Positions 30,587 through 41,352 of a stretch of DNA of 64,000 nt are shown piece after piece; position 1 is the first letter of the stretch; every line of letters begins with the position of its first letter. A model generated the notes under the pieces. It ran no database searches, had not been told where the DNA came from, and saw nothing but the letters and a program-made list of their open reading frames with translations. Position numbers and translations under genes: made by a program. The stretch covers positions 1,376,001-1,440,000 of the forward strand of contig CAVTNB010000001.1 of assembly GCA_963736005.1 (NCBI GenBank), in the 5' to 3' direction. The stretch is from an uncultured Pseudomonadota bacterium. Lineage in GTDB: Bacteria; Vulcanimicrobiota; Vulcanimicrobiia; Eremiobacterales; Eremiobacteraceae.

Positions 30587-31975
30587 CTACTCGCGCGTTG
30601 ACGTCTTTGTGGTGACTTCGCGGAAGACATCGGCGAGGCTTGCACGCAGCAGCGTGACGAGTTCGTCGATTTCAGGCTCCGCAATCGTTAAGGGCGGTGC
30701 GATCAGGACCAAGTCTCCATTCTGACCGTCTGCATGCCCGGTGTTCGGCCACAGCACGATCCCATGCCGCAAACCCGCGGCCACTAGACGCTCGGCGACT
30801 TTGAGATCGCGCGAGAACGCTCGTTTGGTTGCGCGATCCGCCACGAGCTCGACGCCGGCAAGCATGCCGATTCCGCGCACATCGCCGACGAGCGGAGCGC
30901 CGTCACCTTCGTGGAGGAGCGACTTCAGGCGCGACTGCAGCACGGCGCCGATGGTTGCCGCCCGCGCCACCAGCCCGTGCTGGCGGATATACCCCAGGTT
31001 TGCGAGTCCCGCAGCAGCTGCAACCGGATGGTGCGAATAGGTTTGCGCGTGCACGAAACCCCCGCGGCGACTCTTCTCCATCACCTCAAAGATGCGCGAG
31101 GTCGTCAGCACCGCCGAGAGAGGCACGTAGCCGCCGTTGAGACCTTTGCCAAGCGTGATGATATCCGGCACGATCACCTTGCCGTCGGCATCTTTGTAAT
31201 GTTCCAGGCCAAAAAACTTTCCCGTACGCCCAACGCCGCACAGCACCTCGTCGGCGATAAAAAGAACGCCGTACCGATCGCAGATCTCGCGGATGCGGCC
31301 ATAGTAACCGGCCGGCGGCACCGAGGCCCCGGTCGAGCTTCCGCCGATCGGCTCAGCGATAAAAGCGGCCACGTTCTCGGGCCCCGCACTCACAATGGCG
31401 TCCTCGAGCGCGTCGCCGGTCATGGCCTTGGAGCGCTCGCCCAGTTCCCCCGCTCGATACGGATACGGCGCCTCGATCATGTGTACTTCTATAAGCCAAG
31501 GCTGATACAGGTCTTGATAGTGTGGACGAGCCGAAGCCGACAGCGCAAGGAGCGTATTGCCGTGATAACCGGGCGTGCGCGCGATGACCATGTGACGACC
31601 GGCCTCGCCGCGCTCGACGTGAAACTGGCGCGCGAGTTTGAGCGCAGCTTCAACTGCTTCCGAACCGCTCGATAGAAAATACGTTCGTTCGATGCCAGGC
31701 GGGGCCAGATCGGTCAGCTCGTTGGCCAAGTCTTCGACCGGTTGGCTCGTGAACATCGTGCCGTTGACATAGCCAAGCGTCGCCGCCTGAGCTCCGATGG
31801 CGTCGGCAATCTCCCTCACGCCGTGACCGACACTTGCCACCATCGCGCCGCCACAGGCATCGAGATAACGCTTGCCTGAGTCATCATACAGATAGATGCC
31901 TTGGCCGCGAACGATTTTGGGCAAGCTGTGGTTCAGCTTGCGATAAAAAACCGAGCTCGCATCCGATTTGGGCAT
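30587..31975 (-). CDS. Class III PLP aminotransferase (omega-amine type)
   Basis: YLDACGGA, SSGSEAVE, YHGNT, DEVLCGVGRTG, GKGLNGGY. Confidence 0.92.
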   Translation of the reverse strand: MPKSDASSVFYRKLNHSLPKIVRGQGIYLYDDSGKRYLDACGGAMVASVGHGVREIADAIGAQAATLGYVNGTMFTSQPVEDLANELTDLAPPGIERTYFLSSGSEAVEAALKLARQFHVERGEAGRHMVIARTPGYHGNTLLALSASARPHYQDLYQPWLIEVHMIEAPYPYRAGELGERSKAMTGDALEDAIVSAGPENVAAFIAEPIGGSSTGASVPPAGYYGRIREICDRYGVLFIADEVLCGVGRTGKFFGLEHYKDADGKVIVPDIITLGKGLNGGYVPLSAVLTTSRIFEVMEKSRRGGFVHAQTYSHHPVAAAAGLANLGYIRQHGLVARAATIGAVLQSRLKSLLHEGDGAPLVGDVRGIGMLAGVELVADRATKRAFSRDLKVAERLVAAGLRHGIVLWPNTGHADGQNGDLVLIAPPLTIAEPEIDELVTLLRASLADVFREVTTKTSTRE

Positions 31976-31995
31976 TGGATCACTTTCGGGACTCG

Positions 31996-32022
31996 ATGTA
32001 GTCGCGCGAATTTATTCGCGCG
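31996..32022 (+). repeat. REP unit (main family)
   Basis: ATGTAGTCGCGCGAATTTATTCGCGCG, identical to the copies at 4771-4797 and 7643-7669. Confidence 0.9.
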
Positions 32023-32028
32023 TTGTCG

Positions 32029-33372
32029 CTACGCAGGCGTTTCGGCGCGCGGGGGGCCGCTTGCCTGCGCTGCAGTGCGCAGTGTGCGCAGCGCCAACGC
32101 CCACACAATAGGTACGAGCAGCGCATTCGCGACGATGGCAATCGACAAGAGTCGCACCGGCGTCGATCCGAAGGCAGCCATGGCGACTGCTTCCAAGACT
32201 GCGCCGGCGAGAAGATACCCAAACACCTCATACCGCGCAACCGCGATCAAGTAGCTGACCGCGATCGCCCACAACGCGAAGAGCGCTTCATTGGCTGCAT
32301 ATAAGCGCAGTATTCCAGCGGCTCCAGCAAACAGCGGCCCGTAGGTCAGGCCGATGAGCCGATTCGGAAAGAGGCAGATGACCAGGAGGGCTCCGCAAAT
32401 CACGGCAACCGCAATCCCAGCCGCGAGCGCGAGCAGACGCGCAACTGATTCTCTGCTGGAGTGTATGGCCGCGGCAGCTTTGGGCATGAGGATGAGGGCA
32501 ACGAGGCCCGTTCCGTATGGAATGGTGCGCGCGACCGTACCCGCCGCCCCGAAGAATCCACTCGCCGTCCCCGTGAAGTGATGCTTTGCGAACAGCATAT
32601 CGACGTAAAACAAGGCACTCGTGGCTGACGTCACCGCCAGCACTTTGAGCGCGGCGCCGCCAAGATGCAAGTGCTCGCCGCGCGTCCATGCTCGCTGTGC
32701 GCCGCCGAACATCATGGTCGCGACAATCACGGCGATCCCGATGGCAGAGCCTGCGGCGACTCCACCCAGCGTCCCAGCGACGCCGAGACCGAGCGCCACA
32801 AGACCCAACGCGACCACAAGTTTCGCGAGACCTTCGCCGACGAGCGATGTCGCGAAAATGCCAAAGCGGTGCGCGCCCTGCGCGGCGCCTCGCACGAATC
32901 CACTAAAAAACCCCAGCACGATAAACAGCGCGAGCAGCAACCACAAGAGCTGCGCAGTTATGTGCAAGTAGCTGCGCAGCGGAATGCTCGCGACGAACAG
33001 GCCTACGGCAAGGATGCATGCGAGACCCAAAACGAGCGCGCCGGTACGGCGCAAGAATGGGGCAATACTCGCATCGTGACCCGCCGACCACATCTTTGCC
33101 GTCTCTTGCATGGCCACCGTGCCCACGGACGCGCCCAGAACGCCGAGCATGGCCGCGATGGTCATGAGGGTGACGAGCGTGCCGTAGGCATCAGGTCCCA
33201 GCTTCCTCGAAAGCACAAAATGGAATGCATACGAGAAGACGTTCGCGACGACCGCCGCACCCATGACCAGGGCAGCATCGCGCGAGAAGCCCCGCAAGTT
33301 AAAGGATCCCCGAAGTGGCGCCTCGAGAGTCTGAGCACTGACCGTAGAGTCTGCAACCTCAAGACTGTCCAA
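32029..33372 (-). CDS. MOP-superfamily flippase (Wzx/polysaccharide biosynthesis-like)
   Basis: About 12 TM helices; SRKLGPDAYG; D.LFAKHHF....G.F. Confidence 0.8.
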   Translation of the reverse strand: MDSLEVADSTVSAQTLEAPLRGSFNLRGFSRDAALVMGAAVVANVFSYAFHFVLSRKLGPDAYGTLVTLMTIAAMLGVLGASVGTVAMQETAKMWSAGHDASIAPFLRRTGALVLGLACILAVGLFVASIPLRSYLHITAQLLWLLLALFIVLGFFSGFVRGAAQGAHRFGIFATSLVGEGLAKLVVALGLVALGLGVAGTLGGVAAGSAIGIAVIVATMMFGGAQRAWTRGEHLHLGGAALKVLAVTSATSALFYVDMLFAKHHFTGTASGFFGAAGTVARTIPYGTGLVALILMPKAAAAIHSSRESVARLLALAAGIAVAVICGALLVICLFPNRLIGLTYGPLFAGAAGILRLYAANEALFALWAIAVSYLIAVARYEVFGYLLAGAVLEAVAMAAFGSTPVRLLSIAIVANALLVPIVWALALRTLRTAAQASGPPRAETPA

Positions 33373-33374
33373 GC

Positions 33375-34607
33375 TTAGCCAACCTCAGTTAGCCAGCGGG
33401 CGATATCGCTCTCAACGAGCCGCATCACTTCCGGCAATGGCTTGCCGCTTTGGTGCGCAAGTGCGCGGCAATCTTCATATTCTGGCCGGGCTCGCGTACC
33501 GGTTGGTGCTTCGGTGATCTTCACGCGCACGGCGCCAAGCGATGTCTCGACCACCGCGCTGCGCCTCGACAGGGTGGTTCGGTTGACGGGCCACGAGCGC
33601 ACGCCGATCGTCGTCGTTTCGGCCAGCAACGCAAGCGCTACTGCGCTTTCGCGCTCGGGCGGCGAGATCGCGCACAGGACGATTCCGGGCCGCCCCTTCT
33701 TCATGCTCGCGGCGCAGGTCCAAACGTCCACTGCGCCGGCTGCAAAAAGTTGCTCGACGGCATGCTCGTACAGCTGCGGGTTCATGTCGTCAATATTGGT
33801 TTCTATTTGAATCATGTCGTCATTGCCGCTTGGCCGAACCGTGGTCTCGACAACCTCGCCCAGCAGCACGCGTAGCACGTTGGGAAATGGGAAATCTGAA
33901 CTTCCACTGCCATAGCCAATGCTCTGAATCGTCATCGGCGGTCTGGGCTCGAACGACGCCACGGATGTAAGGATCGCCGCGCCGGTCGGGGTTACGAATT
34001 CCGCATCGAGATCGATGGTGTACGTCGGGTGACCGCGCAGCATCTCCATGGTCGCAGGTGCGGGTGAAGGGCTTTCGCCGTGCGCGCTTCGAACGCGGCC
34101 CCTTCCGCAGGGCAGCGCAGAGCAGTAAACGGCTTCGACGCCAAGGAGATGCAGTCCAAGCGCCGCGCCGGTGATGTCGACGATCGCGTCGACTTGTCCA
34201 ACTTCATGGAACACGACGTCGTTCGCAGTCGTGCCGTGCACCAGTGCTTCGGCGGAGGCAAGCCGCGTATAGATTTTCGTGGCCATGTGCTCCACGCTTT
34301 GCGGGAAACGGCCGGCACGCAGGATGTCAAGCACGTCGCGGAGCTTGCGATGGGCGATGCCCTCGTGGTGACTGCCGCCCGCGAAAGACGCAGCGGCGCG
34401 CTCGTCCTCAAAGGCCACGTTTGCATCAACGTGCAACGCGGCGAGCCCGCATTTGTTAACTCGCTGGGCGCGAAGTTCCCAGCCTGAGACAGGTAAGCGC
34501 CGCAGCTCCTGCACTAGGCGCTCGAGCGGCAACCCTGCATCGACCAGGCTTCCCAGAATCATGTTGCCGCTGGCTCCGGCAAAGCAATCGAAATATGCGA
34601 TCTTCAT
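33375..34607 (-). CDS. larC: Nickel pincer cofactor biosynthesis protein LarC
   Basis: YFDCFAGASGNM, FHEVG..DAIVD, TPTGAA, ETNIDDM, MKKGRPG, ETTTIGVR, PEYED. Confidence 0.93.
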   Translation of the reverse strand: MKIAYFDCFAGASGNMILGSLVDAGLPLERLVQELRRLPVSGWELRAQRVNKCGLAALHVDANVAFEDERAAASFAGGSHHEGIAHRKLRDVLDILRAGRFPQSVEHMATKIYTRLASAEALVHGTTANDVVFHEVGQVDAIVDITGAALGLHLLGVEAVYCSALPCGRGRVRSAHGESPSPAPATMEMLRGHPTYTIDLDAEFVTPTGAAILTSVASFEPRPPMTIQSIGYGSGSSDFPFPNVLRVLLGEVVETTVRPSGNDDMIQIETNIDDMNPQLYEHAVEQLFAAGAVDVWTCAASMKKGRPGIVLCAISPPERESAVALALLAETTTIGVRSWPVNRTTLSRRSAVVETSLGAVRVKITEAPTGTRARPEYEDCRALAHQSGKPLPEVMRLVESDIARWLTEVG

Positions 34608-34740
34608 ACACGTCGCGCGATGGCCTGGCTCACATTCTCTACGACGCGCAGAGCAACCCGCCGAAAGCTCCTTACGGGGATACCACACGGCCGTGGAGAA
34701 CGGACGTGCCGCCAATTTGTACCCCGCCAATCGAGGTCAC

Positions 34741-35982
34741 ATGTCTCTGGCTGCATCCGAACCTTCATTTGATACTCACGTCTTTCGCTTCGCCGCGCGG
34801 ATGGGCAGACTCAAAGCCAGCGCCATACGCGAAATTCTCAAAGTCACCGCGATGCCGGATGTCATTTCATTCGCGGGCGGCCTGCCAGCCCCGGAACTGT
34901 TTCCCGTCGCCCAGTTCGCGCAAGCGTGCCAGGACGTGCTCTCAACCGACGGACCCGCGGCAATGCAGTACAGCGTCACCGAAGGCTATCCGCCGCTGCG
35001 TCAATGGGTCTGCGAGTACCTTGCGCGCGTCAACCAGATCGAGTGCACCCCGGATCAAGTGCTCATCATCAGCGGATCGCAGCAGGGCCTAGACCTTATC
35101 GGCAAGGTGCTGCTCGATCCCGGCGACAGCGTCATCATAGAGAACCCCGCTTATCTGGGCGCGATTCAGGCCTTCGACGCCTACGAGGCGCAATACGTCA
35201 ACGTTGCAACCGACGACCAAGGCGTGATCACAAATGACCTCGTGCGGGTCCTGCGCGAAGCCAAACGCAAACCCAAGCTGCTGTATCTCGTACCCAACTT
35301 TCAAAATCCCAGCGGCAACACGCTTTCCTTGCAACGGCGCAAAGACGTCGTCTCCATAGCAGCCGAATACGGCATCCCCATTTATGAGGACGATCCGTAC
35401 GGCCGGCTGCGTTATTCGGGCGAACACCTACCGTCGCTCATGGCGATCGCAAAGTCGCGCAACTGCATCTACATGAGCACGGTGAGCAAGACGATCGCGC
35501 CGGGCATGCGGGTTGCGTGGCTTGTGATTCCCGAGCGTGAAGTCTTCGAACGGGTCGTTCCGGCGAAGCAAGCCGCGGATCTCCACACGTCGAGCTTTAC
35601 GCAACGAGCGGTGTACGCGTACGCGAGCAGGACCGAGATCTTCGAGGCGCACATCGCAGAGATGTTACCGGTGTATGCGCGGCGACGCGACCTCATGCTC
35701 CAAGCGCTCGAGCGTTTTATGCCTACCGGAACCTCGTGGACGCATCCTGATGGCGGCCTGTTTCTCTGGGCGCGACTTCCCGAAGAGGTCGATACGGAAG
35801 AGCTTCTTGGACTCGCGTCTCACAGCAAAGTTGCCTTCGTACCGGGCGCCCCGTTCTGGGTCAACCGCGTCGTCAAGAACACGATGCGCTTGAATTTCAG
35901 CAACGCATCTGATGAGATGATCGTGGAGGGCATCAAACGGCTCGGAGATGCGACCAAGGCATACCTGACTGGGGCGCGTTAG
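34741..35982 (+). CDS. Class I PLP aminotransferase (LysN/2-aminoadipate transaminase-like)
   Basis: SAIREILK, ISFAGGLP, GSQQGLDL, PNFQNPSG, EDDPY, SKTIAPGMR. Confidence 0.88.
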   Translation: MSLAASEPSFDTHVFRFAARMGRLKASAIREILKVTAMPDVISFAGGLPAPELFPVAQFAQACQDVLSTDGPAAMQYSVTEGYPPLRQWVCEYLARVNQIECTPDQVLIISGSQQGLDLIGKVLLDPGDSVIIENPAYLGAIQAFDAYEAQYVNVATDDQGVITNDLVRVLREAKRKPKLLYLVPNFQNPSGNTLSLQRRKDVVSIAAEYGIPIYEDDPYGRLRYSGEHLPSLMAIAKSRNCIYMSTVSKTIAPGMRVAWLVIPEREVFERVVPAKQAADLHTSSFTQRAVYAYASRTEIFEAHIAEMLPVYARRRDLMLQALERFMPTGTSWTHPDGGLFLWARLPEEVDTEELLGLASHSKVAFVPGAPFWVNRVVKNTMRLNFSNASDEMIVEGIKRLGDATKAYLTGAR

Positions 35983-35984
35983 CG

Positions 35985-37571
35985 TTGCCGTCTTGCCGAA
36001 CGCGGCGCTTCGCAGCCGCATCGGCGCTTTTGCTTGCAATGGTGTGCGCGAGCAGATATGCGGCGCAAGCAGCCCCAATGCATCCCACGGTGTCGCTGCA
36101 AGCGCAGTATGTCGGCTTTTACGCCGGTCATTTGGTCCTCGACGGCAGGGGTGACGCGACGTTCGACGACGGCCTGTTGCGCGTGCATGCCGACCGCATC
36201 ATCGTCGACTTGCGTTCCAATCGCTACATCGCAGCAGGCTCGGTCACCGTCCAAGGAGTGACGGTTGCGCACGGCGATGCGATGGGCGTCGACCTTAACA
36301 CCCACCGCGGAGTTCTGGTTGATACGGCGAGTCAGCCGTCAAGCGAACTGGTAGACGGCGCCGTGGTCGGGGGTCCCGCACCAATCGGCGCCGGCGATGA
36401 ACCACTGGCGCTTCCAGATGTGGGGTTCGAGCAACCGTACATCCGAGCCACGCGAGCCGTGGCTCATCTCGGTGCGGACGTACGTATGGCAAACGCACAC
36501 ATCATTGTCCCCGGCGGAGAGAGCGTCGGGTTACCTTCCTACGTCTACACCTTTTCGAACGATCCTGGATATTCAACGAGCAACCTCAGCACGAGCGGCG
36601 AAGACGTGCCCATTTATTTTGGCAGCACGGCGAACTCCATTCAAGGTATTCACTTCTCGTACAACTCGGTGACCAAAGTGGCGATCGGCTTGGACAGTCA
36701 CTTTGTCTACGGCGAGAAGGCGTATGTTTTGGTCGCGGCGGCGCCCATCTTTGGACCGACCAAGGCATTCAACTTCACTTGGCAAGAACATATCAACGAT
36801 CGCGCAAGCCAGACTTTTGAGTCGACGACCGTCACCGGCGTAGGCACGAACGACGCGTACGATCTGCGCGATAGCATCCATCGCTCGTATTTGGAGCTCA
36901 CCGCCGATCAAGGGTTGGGCGCGCATCAGGCCACGTTTGCGTGGCAAAGCTTCGATCAGCCTTTCGGAAACTCGGGGAGCAGTCGTCCGTTCTTTCACCT
37001 GCGCAGCGAATTTGGCTACACGCATGTGCCCGATCAATTTTCGTTCGCACCATTCCCGCCCGATGCAATCCTGCCCAGAACGGTTTGGCACAATGCCTTC
37101 GAAGGCTATCTCGGTTCGCAGACGTGGAATCTTGGTCCCAACGTGAGTCTGTTTGGGAGTGCCGATCTACGCGACGAGACGGACTCGTTGCCGCATCGAC
37201 AGGTTTCACAAGTGTATACGCTAACTCTGTACACGCGCTGGAATAACAACGTGTCGACGAATTATTCTGACAGCGTGGCGCCGGTTTTTGATTCGTATCC
37301 TTCAGTCAATACGATTTTCCACAGTCGGGTGAATCTGCAAAGCCTGCTCTTTACGTACGATCACGGCGATCCGTTCAAACTTTCACTCGACATGTCGCGA
37401 GGAACTGTGGCGAGCAACAATCCATCTCCGCCGTTTGCGTATCCGTGGACCCTTTCCGGCGACGTGCGATTTCGGGTGACCTCATCGCTGTCGCTCGACC
37501 TGAGCCGTAGTTATTTCTTTGGATTTGACGGGCAGCGTTTCGGGGTGCTGGGGTTGCAGATTTTGCCATGA
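35985..37571 (+). CDS. LptD/OstA-like outer-membrane protein
   Basis: Signal peptide; OstA-like ADRIIVDL.....AAGSV; C-terminal amphipathic beta-strand pattern. Assignment is tentative. Confidence 0.55.
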   Translation: MPSCRTRRFAAASALLLAMVCASRYAAQAAPMHPTVSLQAQYVGFYAGHLVLDGRGDATFDDGLLRVHADRIIVDLRSNRYIAAGSVTVQGVTVAHGDAMGVDLNTHRGVLVDTASQPSSELVDGAVVGGPAPIGAGDEPLALPDVGFEQPYIRATRAVAHLGADVRMANAHIIVPGGESVGLPSYVYTFSNDPGYSTSNLSTSGEDVPIYFGSTANSIQGIHFSYNSVTKVAIGLDSHFVYGEKAYVLVAAAPIFGPTKAFNFTWQEHINDRASQTFESTTVTGVGTNDAYDLRDSIHRSYLELTADQGLGAHQATFAWQSFDQPFGNSGSSRPFFHLRSEFGYTHVPDQFSFAPFPPDAILPRTVWHNAFEGYLGSQTWNLGPNVSLFGSADLRDETDSLPHRQVSQVYTLTLYTRWNNNVSTNYSDSVAPVFDSYPSVNTIFHSRVNLQSLLFTYDHGDPFKLSLDMSRGTVASNNPSPPFAYPWTLSGDVRFRVTSSLSLDLSRSYFFGFDGQRFGVLGLQILP

Positions 37572-38625
37572 GAGTGCTGGTCACGGGTGGCGGAGGCTAC
37601 ATCGGCGCGGTGCTCTGCGAGCGCTTCTTGGAAGCGGGCCACGAGGTGCGGGTGCTGGATCGTCTGTATTGGGGACGCAAGCCGCTCGAACATCTTAGCG
37701 AACGCATCGAACTGGTGCAAGCTGACGTGCGGTCGTTCGACGCAGACATATTGGACGGCATCGAAGGGGTCGTGCACCTGGCGGGGCTATCGAACGATCC
37801 CACGGCTGAATACAATAAAGAAGCGAACTGGGAAATGAACGCGACCGCGACGGCCAAGCTTGCCGCATCCTGCCGCTCGCTCCAAATCCGGCGCTTCACG
37901 TTCGGCTCATTGCGTCTGTTTATGACGGGCTGGGCGATGGGTTGTTCGACGAGAGCACCCACGTGAAGCCACGCGGTGCGTATTCGCAATCGAAATTTGC
38001 GGCAGAAAACGCACTCCTCGACGCAGCGGATGATTCGTTCGCGCCGGTCATTTTGCGCCAAGGCACGGTGTATGGACATAGTCCGCGCATGCGCCTGGAT
38101 CTCGTGGTCAACACCTTTATCAAAGATGCATTGTTGCGCGGGAAATTATTCTTACACGGCGGCGGATGGATGTGGCGCCCCCTGGTCGACGTTGGAGATG
38201 TCGCCGAGGCACATCTGCGCTGCCTCGAGGCACCTGCGGGTAGCCTGGGCGGCGAGGTTTTCAACGTTGTCCATGAAAATTTTCAAATCCGCCAACTTGC
38301 GATGCTCGTCGCGGGCTCGTTGTCGCTGCGGGGCCGAACCATTGCCCTGGAAGATGCGCCACTGCCATCGATCAATCGTAACTACCGTTGTACCAATCGC
38401 AAGCTCCAGGATCGCATCGACTTCGTGCCACGCGTGACGGTGCTCGAGTCGATTGAAGGCATCTTGCGCCATCTTCCGGTCGACAACCTAACCGAACTTG
38501 CGCACCCACGCTACTACAACATTGCGTGGATGACGCTGCTGGAGGAAGTGCAAAGCTCGCTCTCGGGATTCGACTCGATCTGGTCCGCTCACCATTCCAG
38601 CACGCCTGTAGCAGCGGATCTTTAG
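37568..38625 (+). CDS. NAD-dependent epimerase/dehydratase (frameshift near 37910)
   Basis: GGGGYIG, HLAGLSNDP, YSQSK, RMRLDLVVN across ORFs 37568-37966 and 37942-38625. Confidence 0.88.
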
Positions 38626-38631
38626 GTCCGC
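38608..38631 (+). repeat. REP unit (fourth family) containing the epimerase stop codon
   Basis: GTAGCAGCGGATCTTTAGGTCCGC; relatives at 14721-14743 and 12516-12540. Confidence 0.75.
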
Positions 38632-38708
38632 CCAACCCCGACTGCCCCATTCCGTTGGAATGGGCTCGAGCTTCCGCGCTCAAGGATGAACAAGTCGCGA
38701 GGCTTATA

Positions 38709-40205
38709 CTACCGCAGACCCGGCAGTGCGTAGCAGTACAGGTGGTTGTTCTGGCCACTGTCGGTAAATTCAGAAAAAAGCAAATAGCCGTCAACGATGG
38801 TTGGGCCGCCGTAGATTTCGTTGGGCCCATCGAAGCTCCACAAAATTCTTCCTGTGGCTCCATCGATCGCCGACATGCGGAAACAGTTGATGCCTCGGCT
38901 CGTGGCGCACGCATAGTCCTCGTAGCCCACGAACAGCATGCCCTGCGCCATCGCGGGCGCCGATAACGTGCCAAACCCCTCCGGGTCGAGGGCTGTAATG
39001 ATACGCCACACCTGATGGCCCATCATGTCGAGGGCGATGATTGCTCCCACAGTGTTGCCGTTGTAGGTGGCGGCGTCGTACGGCACGTAAAGATATGTGC
39101 CATCCGTCCCAATTGAGCCGACTATACTTTGCAAGAAGTTGGTATTGCCAAAGCCCGGGTCGTACTTCCACAAGTGAGTTCCTGTTTGCGGGTTGTAGGC
39201 ATACACGACCCCGTCCTTGCCACCGTCGATGACCATGCCGTTGACATACAGAGGCGTAGCACCAAAATCGTCGTCGGAGGCCCCATCTGGTGGCCCTTTT
39301 CCCCACCCACCTGACTTTCAAATTGGCGGGGTTGAGTTTGAGACATCTTCGAGCCATACGGCGAGTGTGGCGACCGTGAGTTTTGGACGCACGAATTTGC
39401 TGTGGCAATATAGAGGTTCCCGGAGGGATCGAGCATGGGTGACGACCACACCGTCGCGCCCTGGCTATTGCTTTGAGCTGGCGTGGTTGTGAACGTCGAC
39501 AGGAAGGAGGGCTGGGTAAGCTCATAGGCAACAAGCTGGTTTTCTGTCAGACACTGGCCCCAAACCTCATTGAGCTGGCTTCGCCCTTCAAATAGCTTTC
39601 CATCGGCAATGAGCGGCGAGTCCTCGATCGAGAGAGCTATCGGGGGCGCGCCCCCAGAAACCGTTGGGTACTCCCACAGAAGGTTGCCGGAAGAGGCATC
39701 CACCGCTATCACGTCCCCTAGATACGTGCCTTCGTAGAGCACCCCATTGTAGTACTCGGGAGTACCCACGAGCCCAGAACCGTTTATAGACCTATCGCTG
39801 TACGTCCAGATAGTGCTGCCCATGGACAGGTCGATTGCCTGCATCGTGCCGGGAATTATCGGCGATGTACACAACCCCGTTGACGACGAGCGATTCTGGA
39901 AACTGCGCCACAACCGGGTGCGACCATTTGAGGGTGAGCTGGGCGACGTTAGCTTCCGTAATTTTGGTTTCGTTAACGTTATCGCCGGTACGCTCGTCGT
40001 CGCGACGGTATTCCGGCCACTCAGACCCTGGAATACTGTATGCCGTATACACTGGGGGGAGCACACTTCCAGCGCCGGTGGGGGTAGATGGGTGCGGTAC
40101 TTGAGTTGTCCCGGGTATGGTCGCTGCGCCCTTGCAGGCCGCCACGCAAAGGATCGAAATTATTACGCCTGTCTGAAACAAGACGGGGTACGAATTTCGC
40201 GGCAT
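38709..40205 (-). CDS. Lipoprotein with PQQ/BamB-like beta-propeller repeats (two or more frameshifts)
   Basis: Lipobox VAAC; W..YR.D..RTG; repeated A.D..TG..LW blades in ORFs 39792-40328, 39122-40066 and 38709-39236. Confidence 0.8.
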
Positions 40206-40347
40206 ACAAAAGCTCCTCGCACATAAAGGCAAGTTTCTGAACGCGCGCATAAGTTCTAGCGCGGGCGAGATTCGCCTTCGAGATGAGACGCAAGCAGGAA
40301 GCCGAATGGCCTGATCAGGTGCTAACAAGTGCTGTGAGAACTATACT

Positions 40348-41352
40348 ATGATGATGACTACGAACGCCACCATGCGTCGGCGAGCTGCGTTGTATGCACT
40401 GGCGCTTTTTGTTGCAGGCTTCTGCGGTTTAAAGCAGGCCATCGCATCCCCGACCACGCTTTTGCAGATGGCGGAGAACAGCGTCCTGAAGCAGACCTGG
40501 TACCTCAAGCTCCAGCACGACTACACACATCCCAAAGCCTCGGCTGTGTTCGACCCAGTAACGGGCGCCATCGGACTAAATGCTGAATGGGAACAAGACC
40601 CGGGAAGCAGTCACTATATCGAGCAGCAGCGATACGGGGCCGATCTCGTGCAAGCCGGCATCGCGCTCGGCGACCAGCACCTCATTAAGACGGGTGAGCT
40701 CGGGCTCGAATTCGCTTTTGACCATATGTTGTCGCCAAGCGGGGTACCAGATTCGGCCGCGCCCGAACATAGTTTCGGACTCTTCGCCGAGTCGGCCGCT
40801 CGCGCGATGCTTCTGTTGCAAGCTAGTGGCCGGGATCCGGATTTTATCCGCGCCTACTTGCCAAAACTTGTTTCAGGCGTACGTTGGTTCATGTCGTCGT
40901 CCGTTGTGCAAACGATACGCAGCGAATGCTCGACTTTTACGCACCGTTGCTGGTATGCAGCCGCTATTTACGCGATGATGAGCGATCTCACCGGGGATGC
41001 GGGGTATGATCCACTCGCTGATGATTTTGCCGAGCAGGGCCTGGCCCAACACCATAATGGCATTAACCCCGAACGAGGAGGGTTCGACGTCAACTACCAG
41101 ATGGTTGGCATCGTTGATGCGGAGCGGTACTATCAAGTTGCGAAAAACGCATCGCTACGCACGCAGACCGAGTCCTTGATTGCCGATTCGCTCGCGACGG
41201 AGGCTCGCTACATCAACTCAGATGGCACAATCAATACAAGCGGCAGCACGCGCATGGGCAGCGAAACGACGCTCATGGGAGTCCCGAAGACGCCTGAAAT
41301 ACGGGCGTTTCTCGAAGGTTTGAGTTATGGTGCGTTGATCACCCGGCATTGA
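40348..41352 (+). CDS. Secreted hypothetical protein, helical (possible alpha/alpha-toroid); may extend to 41400
   Basis: Signal peptide; motifs FTHR and NPERGGFDVNYQ; 15 more sense codons follow the TGA in the same frame. Confidence 0.65.
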   Translation: MMMTTNATMRRRAALYALALFVAGFCGLKQAIASPTTLLQMAENSVLKQTWYLKLQHDYTHPKASAVFDPVTGAIGLNAEWEQDPGSSHYIEQQRYGADLVQAGIALGDQHLIKTGELGLEFAFDHMLSPSGVPDSAAPEHSFGLFAESAARAMLLLQASGRDPDFIRAYLPKLVSGVRWFMSSSVVQTIRSECSTFTHRCWYAAAIYAMMSDLTGDAGYDPLADDFAEQGLAQHHNGINPERGGFDVNYQMVGIVDAERYYQVAKNASLRTQTESLIADSLATEARYINSDGTINTSGSTRMGSETTLMGVPKTPEIRAFLEGLSYGALITRH

